In this document: piece by piece, positions 26,505-35,409 of the stretch
How the letters are laid out: each line of letters begins with the position of its first letter
How positions within the stretch are numbered: position 1 is the stretch's first letter
Source: Microbulbifer sp. TB1203
Lineage (GTDB): Bacteria > Pseudomonadota > Gammaproteobacteria > Pseudomonadales > Cellvibrionaceae
Length of the DNA stretch: 40,000 nt
Direction: 5' to 3'
NCBI RefSeq assembly: GCF_030997045.1
Contig: NZ_CP116899.1
Location: 282,111-322,110 of the forward strand
The notes under the pieces: model-generated
What the model was told of the DNA's origin: nothing
Seen by the model: the letters and a program-made list of their open reading frames with translations, nothing else
The model's database searches: none
Translations under genes and position numbers: made by a program

Positions 26505-27874
26505 TCAACCCGCTCACCCTGCAACAACTGCAAGACCGTTTCGGCGGCGAACTGGTCAACGGTTCGGTGCAGTTCGATCGCGTGTGCACAGATACGCGCA
26601 AGCTGGATGAGCGGGCGCTGTTCGTGGCCCTGAAGGGAGAGAACTTCGACGCCCACGACTTTGTCGGCGACCTGGAAGAGCGGGTGCTGGGCCTGGTGGT
26701 GGAACGGGAGATTCCCGGCAGTGCACTGCCCCAGTGGATAGTGGAGGACACCACCGTCGCCCTGGGCTGGATAGGCCGGCTTTGCCGGGAGCAATTCAAA
26801 GGACGCGTGATCGCGATCACCGGCTCCTGCGGCAAGACCACGGTCAAGGAAATGCTCGCGGCGATTTTTGCCCAGCGCCACAACGCCTGTGTGACCCGCG
26901 GCAACCTGAACAACCAGTTTGGTCTGCCGATGACCCTGTTCGGCCTGCGTCCCGACCACGATGTGCTGATCCTCGAGATGGGTGCCAGCGGTCCGGACGA
27001 AATCGGCTATTTGTGCGGTATCGGCAAACCGCAGGTCAGCGCGGTGAACAACGTAAAGCCCGCACATGTGGAGGGCTTCGGTTCGGTGGACGCCATCGCC
27101 GCGGCCAAGGGACAGATCTACACCGGCCTGGAAAGCGGCGGCACCGCAGTGGTCAACGACGACGACAGCTATGCGGATTACTGGCGCGGCCAGATGCCCG
27201 AGGGCATCCAAACCCTGGATGTGGGCCTGGGTCACGACTGTGGGATTCACGCCGACAATATCGAACTGGACGCCCGCGGCTGCGCCGCTTTCGATCTGGT
27301 GGTGGAGGGCCTGGCGCACCCGGTGCGGCTGCAGCTGCTCGGCGAGCACAACGTGCACAACGCCCTGGTGGCCGCCGGCTGCGCCTTTGCCGCCGGAGTA
27401 CCCGCCGCGGAAATTGCCAGCGGTCTCAGCCAACTGGGCGGCGTGGCCGGCCGCATGCAGACCCACGAAGGGCTTCAGGGCGCGACGGTGATCGACGACA
27501 GCTATAACGCCAATCCCGGTTCCGTGGCCGCGGCCATCGAACTGCTGGCCCAGCGCCCCGGAAAAAAAATCCTGGTGCTCGGCGACATGGCGGAACTGGG
27601 CCCGGACGCGGACGCCATGCACAGGCAGGTCGGAGAGCTGGCGCGGGAGCGCGGTATCGACACCCTGTTTACCCTCGGGTCGCTGAGCGCGGCGGCCAGC
27701 GTCACTTTCTGTGCCGGGCGGCAGAGGCCGCTGCACAACTACCGGGATAGAGCACCGTTGATCGCCGCGCTTTCCCATGAACTGAATAACGACACCACGG
27801 TGCTGGTGAAAGGTTCCCGCAGTGCCCGTATGGAGCTGGTAGTGCAGGCGCTGACCGAGCCCGGGAACGATTGA
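26501..27874 (+). CDS. murF: UDP-N-acetylmuramoyl-tripeptide--D-alanyl-D-alanine ligase MurF
   Basis: 457 aa with ITGSCGKTTVKEM and VIDDSYNANP. It overlaps murE by 4 nt. Confidence 0.92.
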   Translation: MINPLTLQQLQDRFGGELVNGSVQFDRVCTDTRKLDERALFVALKGENFDAHDFVGDLEERVLGLVVEREIPGSALPQWIVEDTTVALGWIGRLCREQFKGRVIAITGSCGKTTVKEMLAAIFAQRHNACVTRGNLNNQFGLPMTLFGLRPDHDVLILEMGASGPDEIGYLCGIGKPQVSAVNNVKPAHVEGFGSVDAIAAAKGQIYTGLESGGTAVVNDDDSYADYWRGQMPEGIQTLDVGLGHDCGIHADNIELDARGCAAFDLVVEGLAHPVRLQLLGEHNVHNALVAAGCAFAAGVPAAEIASGLSQLGGVAGRMQTHEGLQGATVIDDSYNANPGSVAAAIELLAQRPGKKILVLGDMAELGPDADAMHRQVGELARERGIDTLFTLGSLSAAASVTFCAGRQRPLHNYRDRAPLIAALSHELNNDTTVLVKGSRSARMELVVQALTEPGND

Positions 27875-27885
27875 GAGGATAAGAG

Positions 27886-28971
27886 ATGCTGCTCTGGCTG
27901 GCAGAAATTCTACAACAATATGTGAGCGCCTTTTCGGTGTTCAATTACCTCACGGTGCGCGCGATTTTTGGCGCGCTTACCGCGCTGGGGATTTCCCTGG
28001 TGGTGGGCCCGCGCATGATCACCTGGCTGAATCGGCTGCAGGTGGGGCAGGCGGTGCGCGACGACGGCCCGCAGACGCACCTGAGCAAATCCGGTACCCC
28101 GACCATGGGTGGCGCCCTGATTCTCGCGGCGATTTTTTCCTCCGCGCTGCTGTGGTCCGACCTGGGTAACCGTTATGTGTGGGTGGTGTTGCTGGTCACT
28201 TTTGTTTTCGGCGCTGTAGGTTTCGTGGATGACTATAAAAAAGTTGTGGAGAAAAATCCCCGCGGGCTGATCGCACGCTGGAAGTATTTCTGGCAGTCCA
28301 TCGCCGGCCTTGGTGCGGCGGTATATCTCTATATGAGTGCCACCAGCCCGGCGGAAACCCAGTTTTTCTTCCCTTTCTTCAAGGATGTGGCAATCAACCT
28401 GGGGCCGGTGTCTTTCATCCTGCTCACTTATTTCGTGGTGGTGGGTTCGAGCAACGCCGTCAACCTGACCGACGGCCTGGACGGCCTGGCGATCATGCCC
28501 ACGGTGATGGTGGGCGGTGCCCTGGGCGTCATCGCCTATCTCGCGGGTCACGTGGAATTTGCCAATTATCTGCATATCCCCTCGATTACCGGCGCCGGCG
28601 AGCTCGCGGTCTTCTGCGCGGCGCTGGGAGGCGCCGGGCTGGGTTTCCTCTGGTTCAACACCTATCCGGCCCAGGTGTTTATGGGGGATGTGGGCGCGCT
28701 GGCGCTGGGCGCGGCGCTGGGGATTATCGCGGTGATCACCCGTCATGAAATCGTGCTGTTCATCATGGGCGGCGTCTTCGTGATGGAGACGGTGTCGGTG
28801 ATCCTGCAGGTGGCGTCGTTCAAACTGACCGGCAAACGCATTTTCCGCATGGCGCCGCTGCACCACCATTTTGAACTGAAAGGCTGGCCGGAACCCCGGG
28901 TGATCGTGCGCTTCTGGATTATCACCGTCATTTTGGTACTGGCGGGGCTGGCGACGTTGAAATTGCGCTAG
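27886..28971 (+). CDS. mraY: phospho-N-acetylmuramoyl-pentapeptide transferase MraY
   Basis: 361 aa, polytopic, with Kx[20 protein letters not shown] and PLHHHFE motifs. Confidence 0.93.
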   Translation: MLLWLAEILQQYVSAFSVFNYLTVRAIFGALTALGISLVVGPRMITWLNRLQVGQAVRDDGPQTHLSKSGTPTMGGALILAAIFSSALLWSDLGNRYVWVVLLVTFVFGAVGFVDDYKKVVEKNPRGLIARWKYFWQSIAGLGAAVYLYMSATSPAETQFFFPFFKDVAINLGPVSFILLTYFVVVGSSNAVNLTDGLDGLAIMPTVMVGGALGVIAYLAGHVEFANYLHIPSITGAGELAVFCAALGGAGLGFLWFNTYPAQVFMGDVGALALGAALGIIAVITRHEIVLFIMGGVFVMETVSVILQVASFKLTGKRIFRMAPLHHHFELKGWPEPRVIVRFWIITVILVLAGLATLKLR

Positions 28972-28982
28972 TTCCCTGGACC

Positions 28983-29076
28983 GGAGCCTGCTTGCAGGCG
29001 GGCTTCTACAGAGATTGGAAAGTAGGGTGCGCCGTGCGCACCAAACACAGTGATCGGTGCGCACGGCGCACCCTAC
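28983..29076. repeat. REP mosaic in the mraY-murD spacer: one family-E unit plus a 55-nt near-perfect palindrome of two GTAGGGTGCGCCGTGCGCACC units
   Basis: GGAGCCTGCTTGCAGGCGGGCTTCTACAG lies at 28983-29012. GTAGGGTGCGCCGTGCGCACC (29022-29042) is mirrored by GGTGCGCACGGCGCACCCTAC (29056-29076). Confidence 0.85.
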
Positions 29077-29098
29077 AGGCAACGTTAAACGAAAACCG

Positions 29099-30547
29099 AT
29101 GACATTGATTGCAACCTCGGAGAAAAAAGTCGTAATCGGATTGGGTGCTACCGGGCAGTCGGTGGTGCGCTTCCTGGTGCGCGCCGGTTTTTCTCCGGTG
29201 GTTGTGGACAGCCGCAGCCAGCCGCCGGGGCTGGAGCAGTTTCAGCGGGAGTTCCCCCAGGTCCCGGTGGAATGCGGACCGCTGAAAGAAGAGACACTGC
29301 TCGATGCCAGCGAAATTATTGCCAGTCCCGGCATCGCCCTGAGCGAGCCCGCCCTGCAAAAAGCTGTGGCCGAAGGTATCCCGGTTATTGGTGATATTGA
29401 GCTGTTTGCCCGCGAACTCAGAAAACTGTCGCGGCCGCCCGAGGTTGCCGCCATTACCGGTTCCAACGGCAAGAGCACCGTGACCACATTGTTGGGCCTG
29501 ATGGCCGAGCGGGCGGGTGTGGATGTGCGCGTTGGCGGCAATATCGGCGTGCCGGTGCTGGATCTGCTGGAGCCCTCAGTGGAACAAAAAGAGCCCTCAG
29601 CGGAACAAGAAGAGCCCTCAGCGGAACAAGAAGAGCCGCTGCCGCAGCTGTTTGTGCTGGAGCTGTCCAGCTTCCAACTGGAGACCACTGGCTCCCTGAC
29701 TCCCACCGTCGCCACCATATTGAATTTGAGCGCGGACCATATGGACCGCTACGAGAGCCTCGCCGACTACCACCGGGCGAAACAGCGGATCTACCGGGGC
29801 GCGCGGCAGCTGGTGGTCAACCGCGCGGACCCGCTGACCCGGGGGCCCCTGTCGAAGGACAGCCGCGAGTGGAGTTTCGGCCTGGACAGGCCCGACCTGC
29901 AGCAGTTCGGCCTGGTGCAAAGCGAAGGTGAAGAGTGGCTGGCCCGGGGCGTGGAGAAACTGCTGCCGGTGGGCGAGCTGGCGATGGTGGGCAGGCACAA
30001 TGTGGCCAATGCGCTCGCGGCCCTGGCGCTGGGCTGCGCGGTGGCATTGCCCATGGAGGCGATGCTGTCCACCCTGCGCACCTTTAAAGGATTGCCTCAC
30101 CGCTGTGAGCGGATCCTGGACCTGGAGGGCGTTACCTACGTCAATGACTCCAAGGGTACCAATGTGGGTGCGACCCGCGCGGCGCTGGACGGCCTGGCCA
30201 CCGGCAGCGCGAAAATCGTATTGATCGCCGGCGGCGACGGCAAGGGTGCGGACTTCGCGCCGCTGGCGGAATCCGCCGCTGCGCTGCGCGCCCTGGTGAC
30301 CATTGGTGTGGACGGCGACAGGGTCGCCGATGCATTTGCCGGGCAGTTGGAAAACCATCGCGCCGTATCCATGGAAGACGCGGTAGCCCGCGCGCGCGCG
30401 CTGGCGCAGCCCGGAGACTATGTGCTGCTGTCCCCCGCCTGCGCCAGCTTCGATATGTACCGGAATTTCGAGGCGCGCGGCGACGATTTCCGTCGCGCCG
30501 TGGTCGAACTGGCCGGCGTCGGCACTCCGAGGGGAGGTGCCGCGTGA
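29099..30547 (+). CDS. murD: UDP-N-acetylmuramoylalanine--D-glutamate ligase MurD
   Basis: The ATG at 29099 gives MTLIATSEKKVVIGLGATG, colinear with E. coli MurD. The longer track ORF from 29057 starts inside the REP palindrome. It has ITGSNGKSTVTT and LELSSFQLE. Confidence 0.9.
   Translation: MTLIATSEKKVVIGLGATGQSVVRFLVRAGFSPVVVDSRSQPPGLEQFQREFPQVPVECGPLKEETLLDASEIIASPGIALSEPALQKAVAEGIPVIGDIELFARELRKLSRPPEVAAITGSNGKSTVTTLLGLMAERAGVDVRVGGNIGVPVLDLLEPSVEQKEPSAEQEEPSAEQEEPLPQLFVLELSSFQLETTGSLTPTVATILNLSADHMDRYESLADYHRAKQRIYRGARQLVVNRADPLTRGPLSKDSREWSFGLDRPDLQQFGLVQSEGEEWLARGVEKLLPVGELAMVGRHNVANALAALALGCAVALPMEAMLSTLRTFKGLPHRCERILDLEGVTYVNDSKGTNVGATRAALDGLATGSAKIVLIAGGDGKGADFAPLAESAAALRALVTIGVDGDRVADAFAGQLENHRAVSMEDAVARARALAQPGDYVLLSPACASFDMYRNFEARGDDFRRAVVELAGVGTPRGGAA
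29570..29637 (+). repeat. in-frame 21-bp tandem repeat x3.2 inside murD (EPSVEQK EPSAEQE EPSAEQE EP)
   Basis: GAGCCCTCAGyGGAACAAraA repeated head to tail; units 2 and 3 are identical. Confidence 0.95.
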
Positions 30548-31761
30548 GCCAGATGGAAAAGACAGTGGATACCCGCTACGACTGGCTGCTGCCATTTTGC
30601 GTACTGGCGCTGGCGAGTATCGGCATTGTGATGGTGGCCTCCGCGTCCATCGCCTTCGCCGCGGATATTTATCAGGACCCCTGGTTTTTCCTCAAGCGCC
30701 ACCTGTTATTTCTCGGCGTCGGAATCGCGGTTGCGCTGGTGGTGAGCCAGGTGCCGCTGTCGGTGTGGTCGGGGCTGTCCTGGCCGCTGCTGTTGTTCGC
30801 CTGCCTGCTGCTGCTGGCGGTACTGGTCCCCGGTATCGGCCGCGAGGTCAACGGCAGCCGGCGCTGGCTGGCGCTGGGTGCGATCACCGTACAGCCGGCG
30901 GAGGTTGCCAAGTTCTGCCTGCTGGTGTTTTTCGCCAGCTTTCTGACCCGCCGCAATCAGCAGCTGCGCCACTGGAGCAGCTTTATGGTACCGGTGGTGA
31001 TTCTCGGAGTGGTGGCGGTGCAGTTGCTGCTGCAGCCGGATTTCGGTTCCGTGGTGGTGATTTCCGGCACGGTGCTGGCGATGGTCTTCCTCGCCGGCGC
31101 GCGCCTGCCACACACATTTTTATTGGTGGGCCTGGCAGCCTGCGCGCTGGCGCTGATGGCAATGGTGAGCCCCTACCGGTTGCAGCGTTTGACCACTTTC
31201 CTGGACCCCTGGCGGGACCAGTTTGCCAGCGGCTACCAGCTCACCCAGTCGCTGATCGCATTCGGTCGCGGCGAATGGTTCGGCGTGGGCCTGGGCAACA
31301 GTGTGCAGAAATTGTTTTACCTGCCCGAGGCGCACACGGATTTTATTTTCGCGATTCTGTCCGAGGAGTGGGGCATGGCCGGTGGCCTGGTGGTGATCGG
31401 CCTGTTCGTTGCGCTCACCTGGTCGCTGCTGCGCCTGGTGCGGCAAGCCCTGGCGCAGCAGAAATTTTTCGCCGCGCTGCTCGCTTTCGGTATTGCGGTG
31501 CTGTTGGCAGGGCAGGCGTTTGTAAATATGGGTGTGGCATCGGGCCTGCTGCCCACGAAAGGGCTGACCCTGCCGTTCGTCAGTTCCGGCGGCAGCAGCC
31601 TGGTAGTCTGCTGCGCGCTGTTCGCGCTGGCGCTGAGGGTGCAGTGGGAATTGAACAGTGCCGTGGACAGCGAGATGTCCGGTGAAGACAAGGTGCGCCA
31701 TCTGCCGATATTCAACCCGTTGCAGCTGGGCGACCGCAGTATAAAAGGGGAGGCGGCCTGA
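30544..31761 (+). CDS. ftsW: peptidoglycan glycosyltransferase / lipid II flippase FtsW (SEDS family)
   Basis: 405 aa with about 10 TM helices and SEDS motifs (QPAEVAK, HTDFIF, LPTKGLTLPFVSSGGSS). The GTG at 30544 overlaps the murD stop, and ATG 30553 is an alternative start. Confidence 0.9.
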   Translation: MSQMEKTVDTRYDWLLPFCVLALASIGIVMVASASIAFAADIYQDPWFFLKRHLLFLGVGIAVALVVSQVPLSVWSGLSWPLLLFACLLLLAVLVPGIGREVNGSRRWLALGAITVQPAEVAKFCLLVFFASFLTRRNQQLRHWSSFMVPVVILGVVAVQLLLQPDFGSVVVISGTVLAMVFLAGARLPHTFLLVGLAACALALMAMVSPYRLQRLTTFLDPWRDQFASGYQLTQSLIAFGRGEWFGVGLGNSVQKLFYLPEAHTDFIFAILSEEWGMAGGLVVIGLFVALTWSLLRLVRQALAQQKFFAALLAFGIAVLLAGQAFVNMGVASGLLPTKGLTLPFVSSGGSSLVVCCALFALALRVQWELNSAVDSEMSGEDKVRHLPIFNPLQLGDRSIKGEAA

Positions 31762-32852
31762 TGGACGAAAATACAGCGCCGTTCTCCGGAAAAAAATTCC
31801 TGGTCATGGCCGGCGGCACCGGCGGTCATGTATTTCCCGCGCTGGCGGTAGCGCGCGCTCTGATCGAGCACGGGGCAGAGGTGGAGTGGCTGGGTACCGA
31901 GCGTGGTATCGAGGCGCAGCTGATTCCTGATATGGGAATTCCACTGCGCTTTATTACCGTGGAGGGCGTGCGCGGCAAGGGCAAGTTGGCCCTGTTGAAG
32001 GCGCCGTTGCAAATTTCCCGCGCGATCTGGCAGGCGCGGGAGATCGTCAAAGAGATAAAGCCGGATGCGGTGCTGGGTTTTGGCGGTTTCGTCACCGGCC
32101 CCGGTGGCGTGGCTGCGCGCCTGTGCCGCGTGCCGCTGATTATTCACGAACAGAATGCGGTGGCCGGCACCACCAATCGCCTGCTGGCGCACATCGCCAG
32201 CCGCGTGCTGGAGGCCTTTCCCAGCGGGCTTCCCGGCGGCCGCCAAGTGGGCAACCCGGTGCGCGCGGAGATCACGCAGCTGCCGGAACCGGCTGCGCGT
32301 ATCGGCCGGGAGCGGCCATTGCGGCTGCTGATACTGGGCGGCAGCCTGGGTGCGGTGGCCATCAACGAACTGGTGCCGCAGGCGGTGTCGCTGCTGGACG
32401 AATCATTGCGCCCGCGCATTGTGCACCAGGCGGGCCAGCGCCACCTGGACGTGGCGGGCGAAGCCTACCGACAGGCGAATGTGCAGGCGGAAGTGGTGCC
32501 GTTTATTGCGGATATGGCCGCAGCCTATGCAGATGCGGACCTGATTATCTGCCGCTCCGGCGCATTGACCGTTTCGGAAATCGCCGCGGCGGGTGTGGGC
32601 GCGATTATGGTGCCTTTCCCCTTCGCCATCGACGATCACCAGACCAAGAACGGCGAGTGGCTGCAAGCGGCGGGAGCGGCAGTGGTGATACAGCAGGACA
32701 CGCTGAGCGCGGAGAAGCTGGCCGAGCTGCTGGAAGAATTTTTGACGCAGCCGGAAAAGTTATTGGCGATGGCTCAGGCGGCCCGTCGGGTAGCGAAAAT
32801 TGATGCGACGGAGCAGGTGCTTGCCGCCTGTCGCGAAGAGATAGGGTGTTGA
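31761..32852 (+). CDS. murG: UDP-N-acetylglucosamine--N-acetylmuramyl-(pentapeptide) pyrophosphoryl-undecaprenol GlcNAc transferase MurG
   Basis: 363 aa with [15 protein letters not shown] and a C-terminal [12 protein letters not shown]...DDHQTKN motif. Confidence 0.92.
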   Translation: MDENTAPFSGKKFLVMAGGTGGHVFPALAVARALIEHGAEVEWLGTERGIEAQLIPDMGIPLRFITVEGVRGKGKLALLKAPLQISRAIWQAREIVKEIKPDAVLGFGGFVTGPGGVAARLCRVPLIIHEQNAVAGTTNRLLAHIASRVLEAFPSGLPGGRQVGNPVRAEITQLPEPAARIGRERPLRLLILGGSLGAVAINELVPQAVSLLDESLRPRIVHQAGQRHLDVAGEAYRQANVQAEVVPFIADMAAAYADADLIICRSGALTVSEIAAAGVGAIMVPFPFAIDDHQTKNGEWLQAAGAAVVIQQDTLSAEKLAELLEEFLTQPEKLLAMAQAARRVAKIDATEQVLAACREEIGC

Positions 32853-32853
32853 T

Positions 32854-34314
32854 ATGTCTCTGGTAGAACCCACAGTGCAACAAAACGGCTACAGCGTACC
32901 CGCGATGCGCCGCATTCGCCGCATCCATTTTATCGGTGTCGGCGGTGCCGGCATGAGCGGTATCGCCGAAGTGCTGCAGAATCAGGGGTACGAGGTTTCC
33001 GGTTCCGACCTGCGCGAATCCCCGGTGACCGGACGGCTTCGCGAGCTGGGCGTAAAAGTCCAGATCGGCCACAGCGAGGACAATATTCGCGGGGTGGATG
33101 TAGTGGTGAATTCCTCTGCAATTCACAGCGATAATCCGGAACTGGCGGCGGCACGGAAGAAGCGCATACCCGTGGTACGCCGTGCGGAGATGCTGGGAGA
33201 GTTGATGCGCTACCGCTACGGCATCGCGGTGGCTGGTACTCACGGCAAGACCACTACCACCAGTTTGATCGCGTCGATTTTCGCCGCGGACAAGAAAGAT
33301 CCGACGTTCGTGATCGGCGGCCTGGTGAACAGCGCCGGCGCCAATGCGTCACTGGGAGAAAGCCGTTACCTGATCGCCGAGGCGGACGAGAGCGATGCCT
33401 CATTTATCCATCTGCAGCCGATGGTGACGGTGGTGACCAATATCGATGCCGACCATATGGAGACTTACGGCGGCGACTTCGGAAAGGTCAAACAGATATT
33501 TATCGATTTCGTACACAACCTGCCGTTCTACGGCCTGGCGGTGGTGTGTGGCGACGACCCCAATGTTCGCGAGGTGATACCGAAGCTGTCGCGGCCGGTG
33601 TCCACTTACGGTTTCGAAGAGGGCAATGATTACCGCATACGCGAGGTGAAGCAGGAGCCGTTGCGCAGCCATTTCAGTGTGCAGCGTCCCGACGGCAGCC
33701 TGCTGGACGTGTGTGTGAACACCCCCGGTATTCACAATGTGCTGAATGCCACTGCGGCGATTGCCGTGGCCACCGACGAGGGGATCGGGGACGATGCCAT
33801 TCGCGAGGGGCTGCGGGGGTTCCAGGGCGTGGGCCGGCGTTTCCAGATCTACGGCCAGTATTCCGTGACCGATGACGGCGATGCGGAAAAGGTCATGCTG
33901 GTGGACGACTACGGCCACCATCCGCGGGAAGTGGCGGCGACGATTCAGACAGTGCGCGACGGCTGGCCGGAACGGCGTTTGGTCATGGTCTACCAGCCGC
34001 ACCGCTATACCCGCACGCGGGACCTGTTCGAGGATTTTGTGCAGGTGTTGTCGCAGGTGGATAAGTTGATCCTGTTGGACGTGTACAGCGCCGGCGAGTC
34101 GCCCATACCCGGTGCGGACGGCCGTACCCTGGCGCGGAGCCTGCGCAATCGCGGCCAGGTGGACCCGATTTTTATCGAGGAAGTGGAGCAGGTACCCCCG
34201 GTGCTCGCGGACCTGCTGGAGCCGGGCGATATCGTGCTGACCCAGGGGGCCGGCAATGTGGGCACACTGGCGCAGCAGCTGGCGGCCTGGCGTCTGGGTG
34301 ACAAGGAAGAGTGA
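32854..34314 (+). CDS. murC: UDP-N-acetylmuramate--L-alanine ligase MurC
   Basis: 486 aa with [18 protein letters not shown] and [12 protein letters not shown]. Confidence 0.93.
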   Translation: MSLVEPTVQQNGYSVPAMRRIRRIHFIGVGGAGMSGIAEVLQNQGYEVSGSDLRESPVTGRLRELGVKVQIGHSEDNIRGVDVVVNSSAIHSDNPELAAARKKRIPVVRRAEMLGELMRYRYGIAVAGTHGKTTTTSLIASIFAADKKDPTFVIGGLVNSAGANASLGESRYLIAEADESDASFIHLQPMVTVVTNIDADHMETYGGDFGKVKQIFIDFVHNLPFYGLAVVCGDDPNVREVIPKLSRPVSTYGFEEGNDYRIREVKQEPLRSHFSVQRPDGSLLDVCVNTPGIHNVLNATAAIAVATDEGIGDDAIREGLRGFQGVGRRFQIYGQYSVTDDGDAEKVMLVDDYGHHPREVAATIQTVRDGWPERRLVMVYQPHRYTRTRDLFEDFVQVLSQVDKLILLDVYSAGESPIPGADGRTLARSLRNRGQVDPIFIEEVEQVPPVLADLLEPGDIVLTQGAGNVGTLAQQLAAWRLGDKEE

Positions 34315-34324
34315 TGCGGAACTT

Positions 34325-34544
34325 TGTGGGAGCCTGCTTGCAGGGCGAAGTTGCGCGTACACAAAGCACCGCTTTGTGCGCAACTTTGCGACCCGCCAAG
34401 GATGCCGGGGCCGGGGCCGGAACGAAAGCGAAGGTGTTGCGCCAGGGATGGCATGCCGGGAGCCTCTTGCCACTGTCCTTCGACTGCAAGCAGGCTCCTA
34501 CAGGGGAGACACCGTAGGATGGGCAAAGCGCAGCGTGCCCATCA
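34325..34544. repeat. REP mosaic filling the murC-ftsQ gap (family-E units, an internal hairpin, one family-D unit)
   Basis: TGTGGGAGCCTGCTTGCAGGGCGAAG lies at 34325-34350. A hairpin TTGCGCGTACACAAAGC/GCTTTGTGCGCAA spans 34349-34386. GGGAGCCTCTTGCCACTG...TTCGACTGCAAGCAGGCTCCTACAG spans 34457-34503. GTAGGATGGGCAAAGCGCAGCGTGCCCATCA is at 34514-34544. Confidence 0.85.
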
Positions 34545-35325
34545 AATCGCGCCGCGCGGCGCCCGGCGCATTGCGGACAATCGTGAAGGAGAAAGCCGCA
34601 GCAGACTCCTTCCGTTGCTGCTCGCGACAGCGGCCATCGCCCTGCTGGCGGGCCTGAGTTATACGGGTCTGTGGCTGTGGCAGCGGGCACCGGTTGCGGA
34701 ACTGAGCCGGGTGGATGCGCTGGAGCATGTGCGGGTCGAGGGCCCGTTTCGCGCGGTGAGCCAGCGCGAGGTGGAGGAAATCCTGTTGCCGTTTTTACAG
34801 CGGGGTTTTTTCTCCCTGGACATAGGTGCGATACGCGAAGCGCTGTTGCAGCACCCCTGGATCGTCGGCGCTTCGGTCAGCCGGCGCTGGCCCCGGGGCG
34901 TCGAGGTGCAGGTGGAAGAGGCGCGCCCACTGGCGGTCTGGGGAAAGGATAAATTGCTGGTAGCCAGCGGCGAACTGCTGCCGCGACCGCCGGGTATGCA
35001 CACCGGGCGCCTGCCGGAACTGGCGGGCGATGAGGAGCTGGTGGAGCGCATCATGTCGCAGTATCGGGCGCTGGCGGGGCTGTTGACCACGCGGGATATG
35101 GAGGTGAAGCGGTTGTCCTTCGACGATCTGGCCGGCTGGCACCTGGAACTGGTTTCCGGCGTGGAGTTGCACCTGGGGCACGATGAGCTGCTGGAGCGGG
35201 TAAACCGTTTCCTGAGCTTGAGCCGGGGAGTACTGGCGCCGCACCTGGAAAAGATCGAGCGGGTGGATACGCGATACAGCAATGCTGTTGCGGTGCGATG
35301 GAAAGAAGATAAACAGCGGAATTAA
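34519..35325 (+). CDS. ftsQ: cell division protein FtsQ
   Basis: The start is taken at ATG 34519 (GGGGAG 9 nt upstream), giving 268 aa. This yields a basic cytoplasmic tail, a TM helix (LLPLLLATAAIALLAGLSYTGLWLW), and POTRA and FtsQ domains. The track ORF extends upstream through REP sequence only. Confidence 0.8.
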   Translation: MGKAQRAHQIAPRGARRIADNREGESRSRLLPLLLATAAIALLAGLSYTGLWLWQRAPVAELSRVDALEHVRVEGPFRAVSQREVEEILLPFLQRGFFSLDIGAIREALLQHPWIVGASVSRRWPRGVEVQVEEARPLAVWGKDKLLVASGELLPRPPGMHTGRLPELAGDEELVERIMSQYRALAGLLTTRDMEVKRLSFDDLAGWHLELVSGVELHLGHDELLERVNRFLSLSRGVLAPHLEKIERVDTRYSNAVAVRWKEDKQRN

Positions 35326-35409
35326 AACAAGGTTTAAAAAGGCGAGCCCTGTCTCCTGGTCCGTTATTGGCAATGCGGTTCGGGAGCGGTTCAGCGAGGT
35401 TGGTAAAAA

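Noticed and set aside
34324-34518. The upstream extension of the ftsQ ORF (333-aa version), and likewise the 29057 start for murD.
   Set aside because: The extra codons are entirely REP palindromes with Cys/Arg/Pro-rich translation. The conserved N-termini align with the shorter versions.
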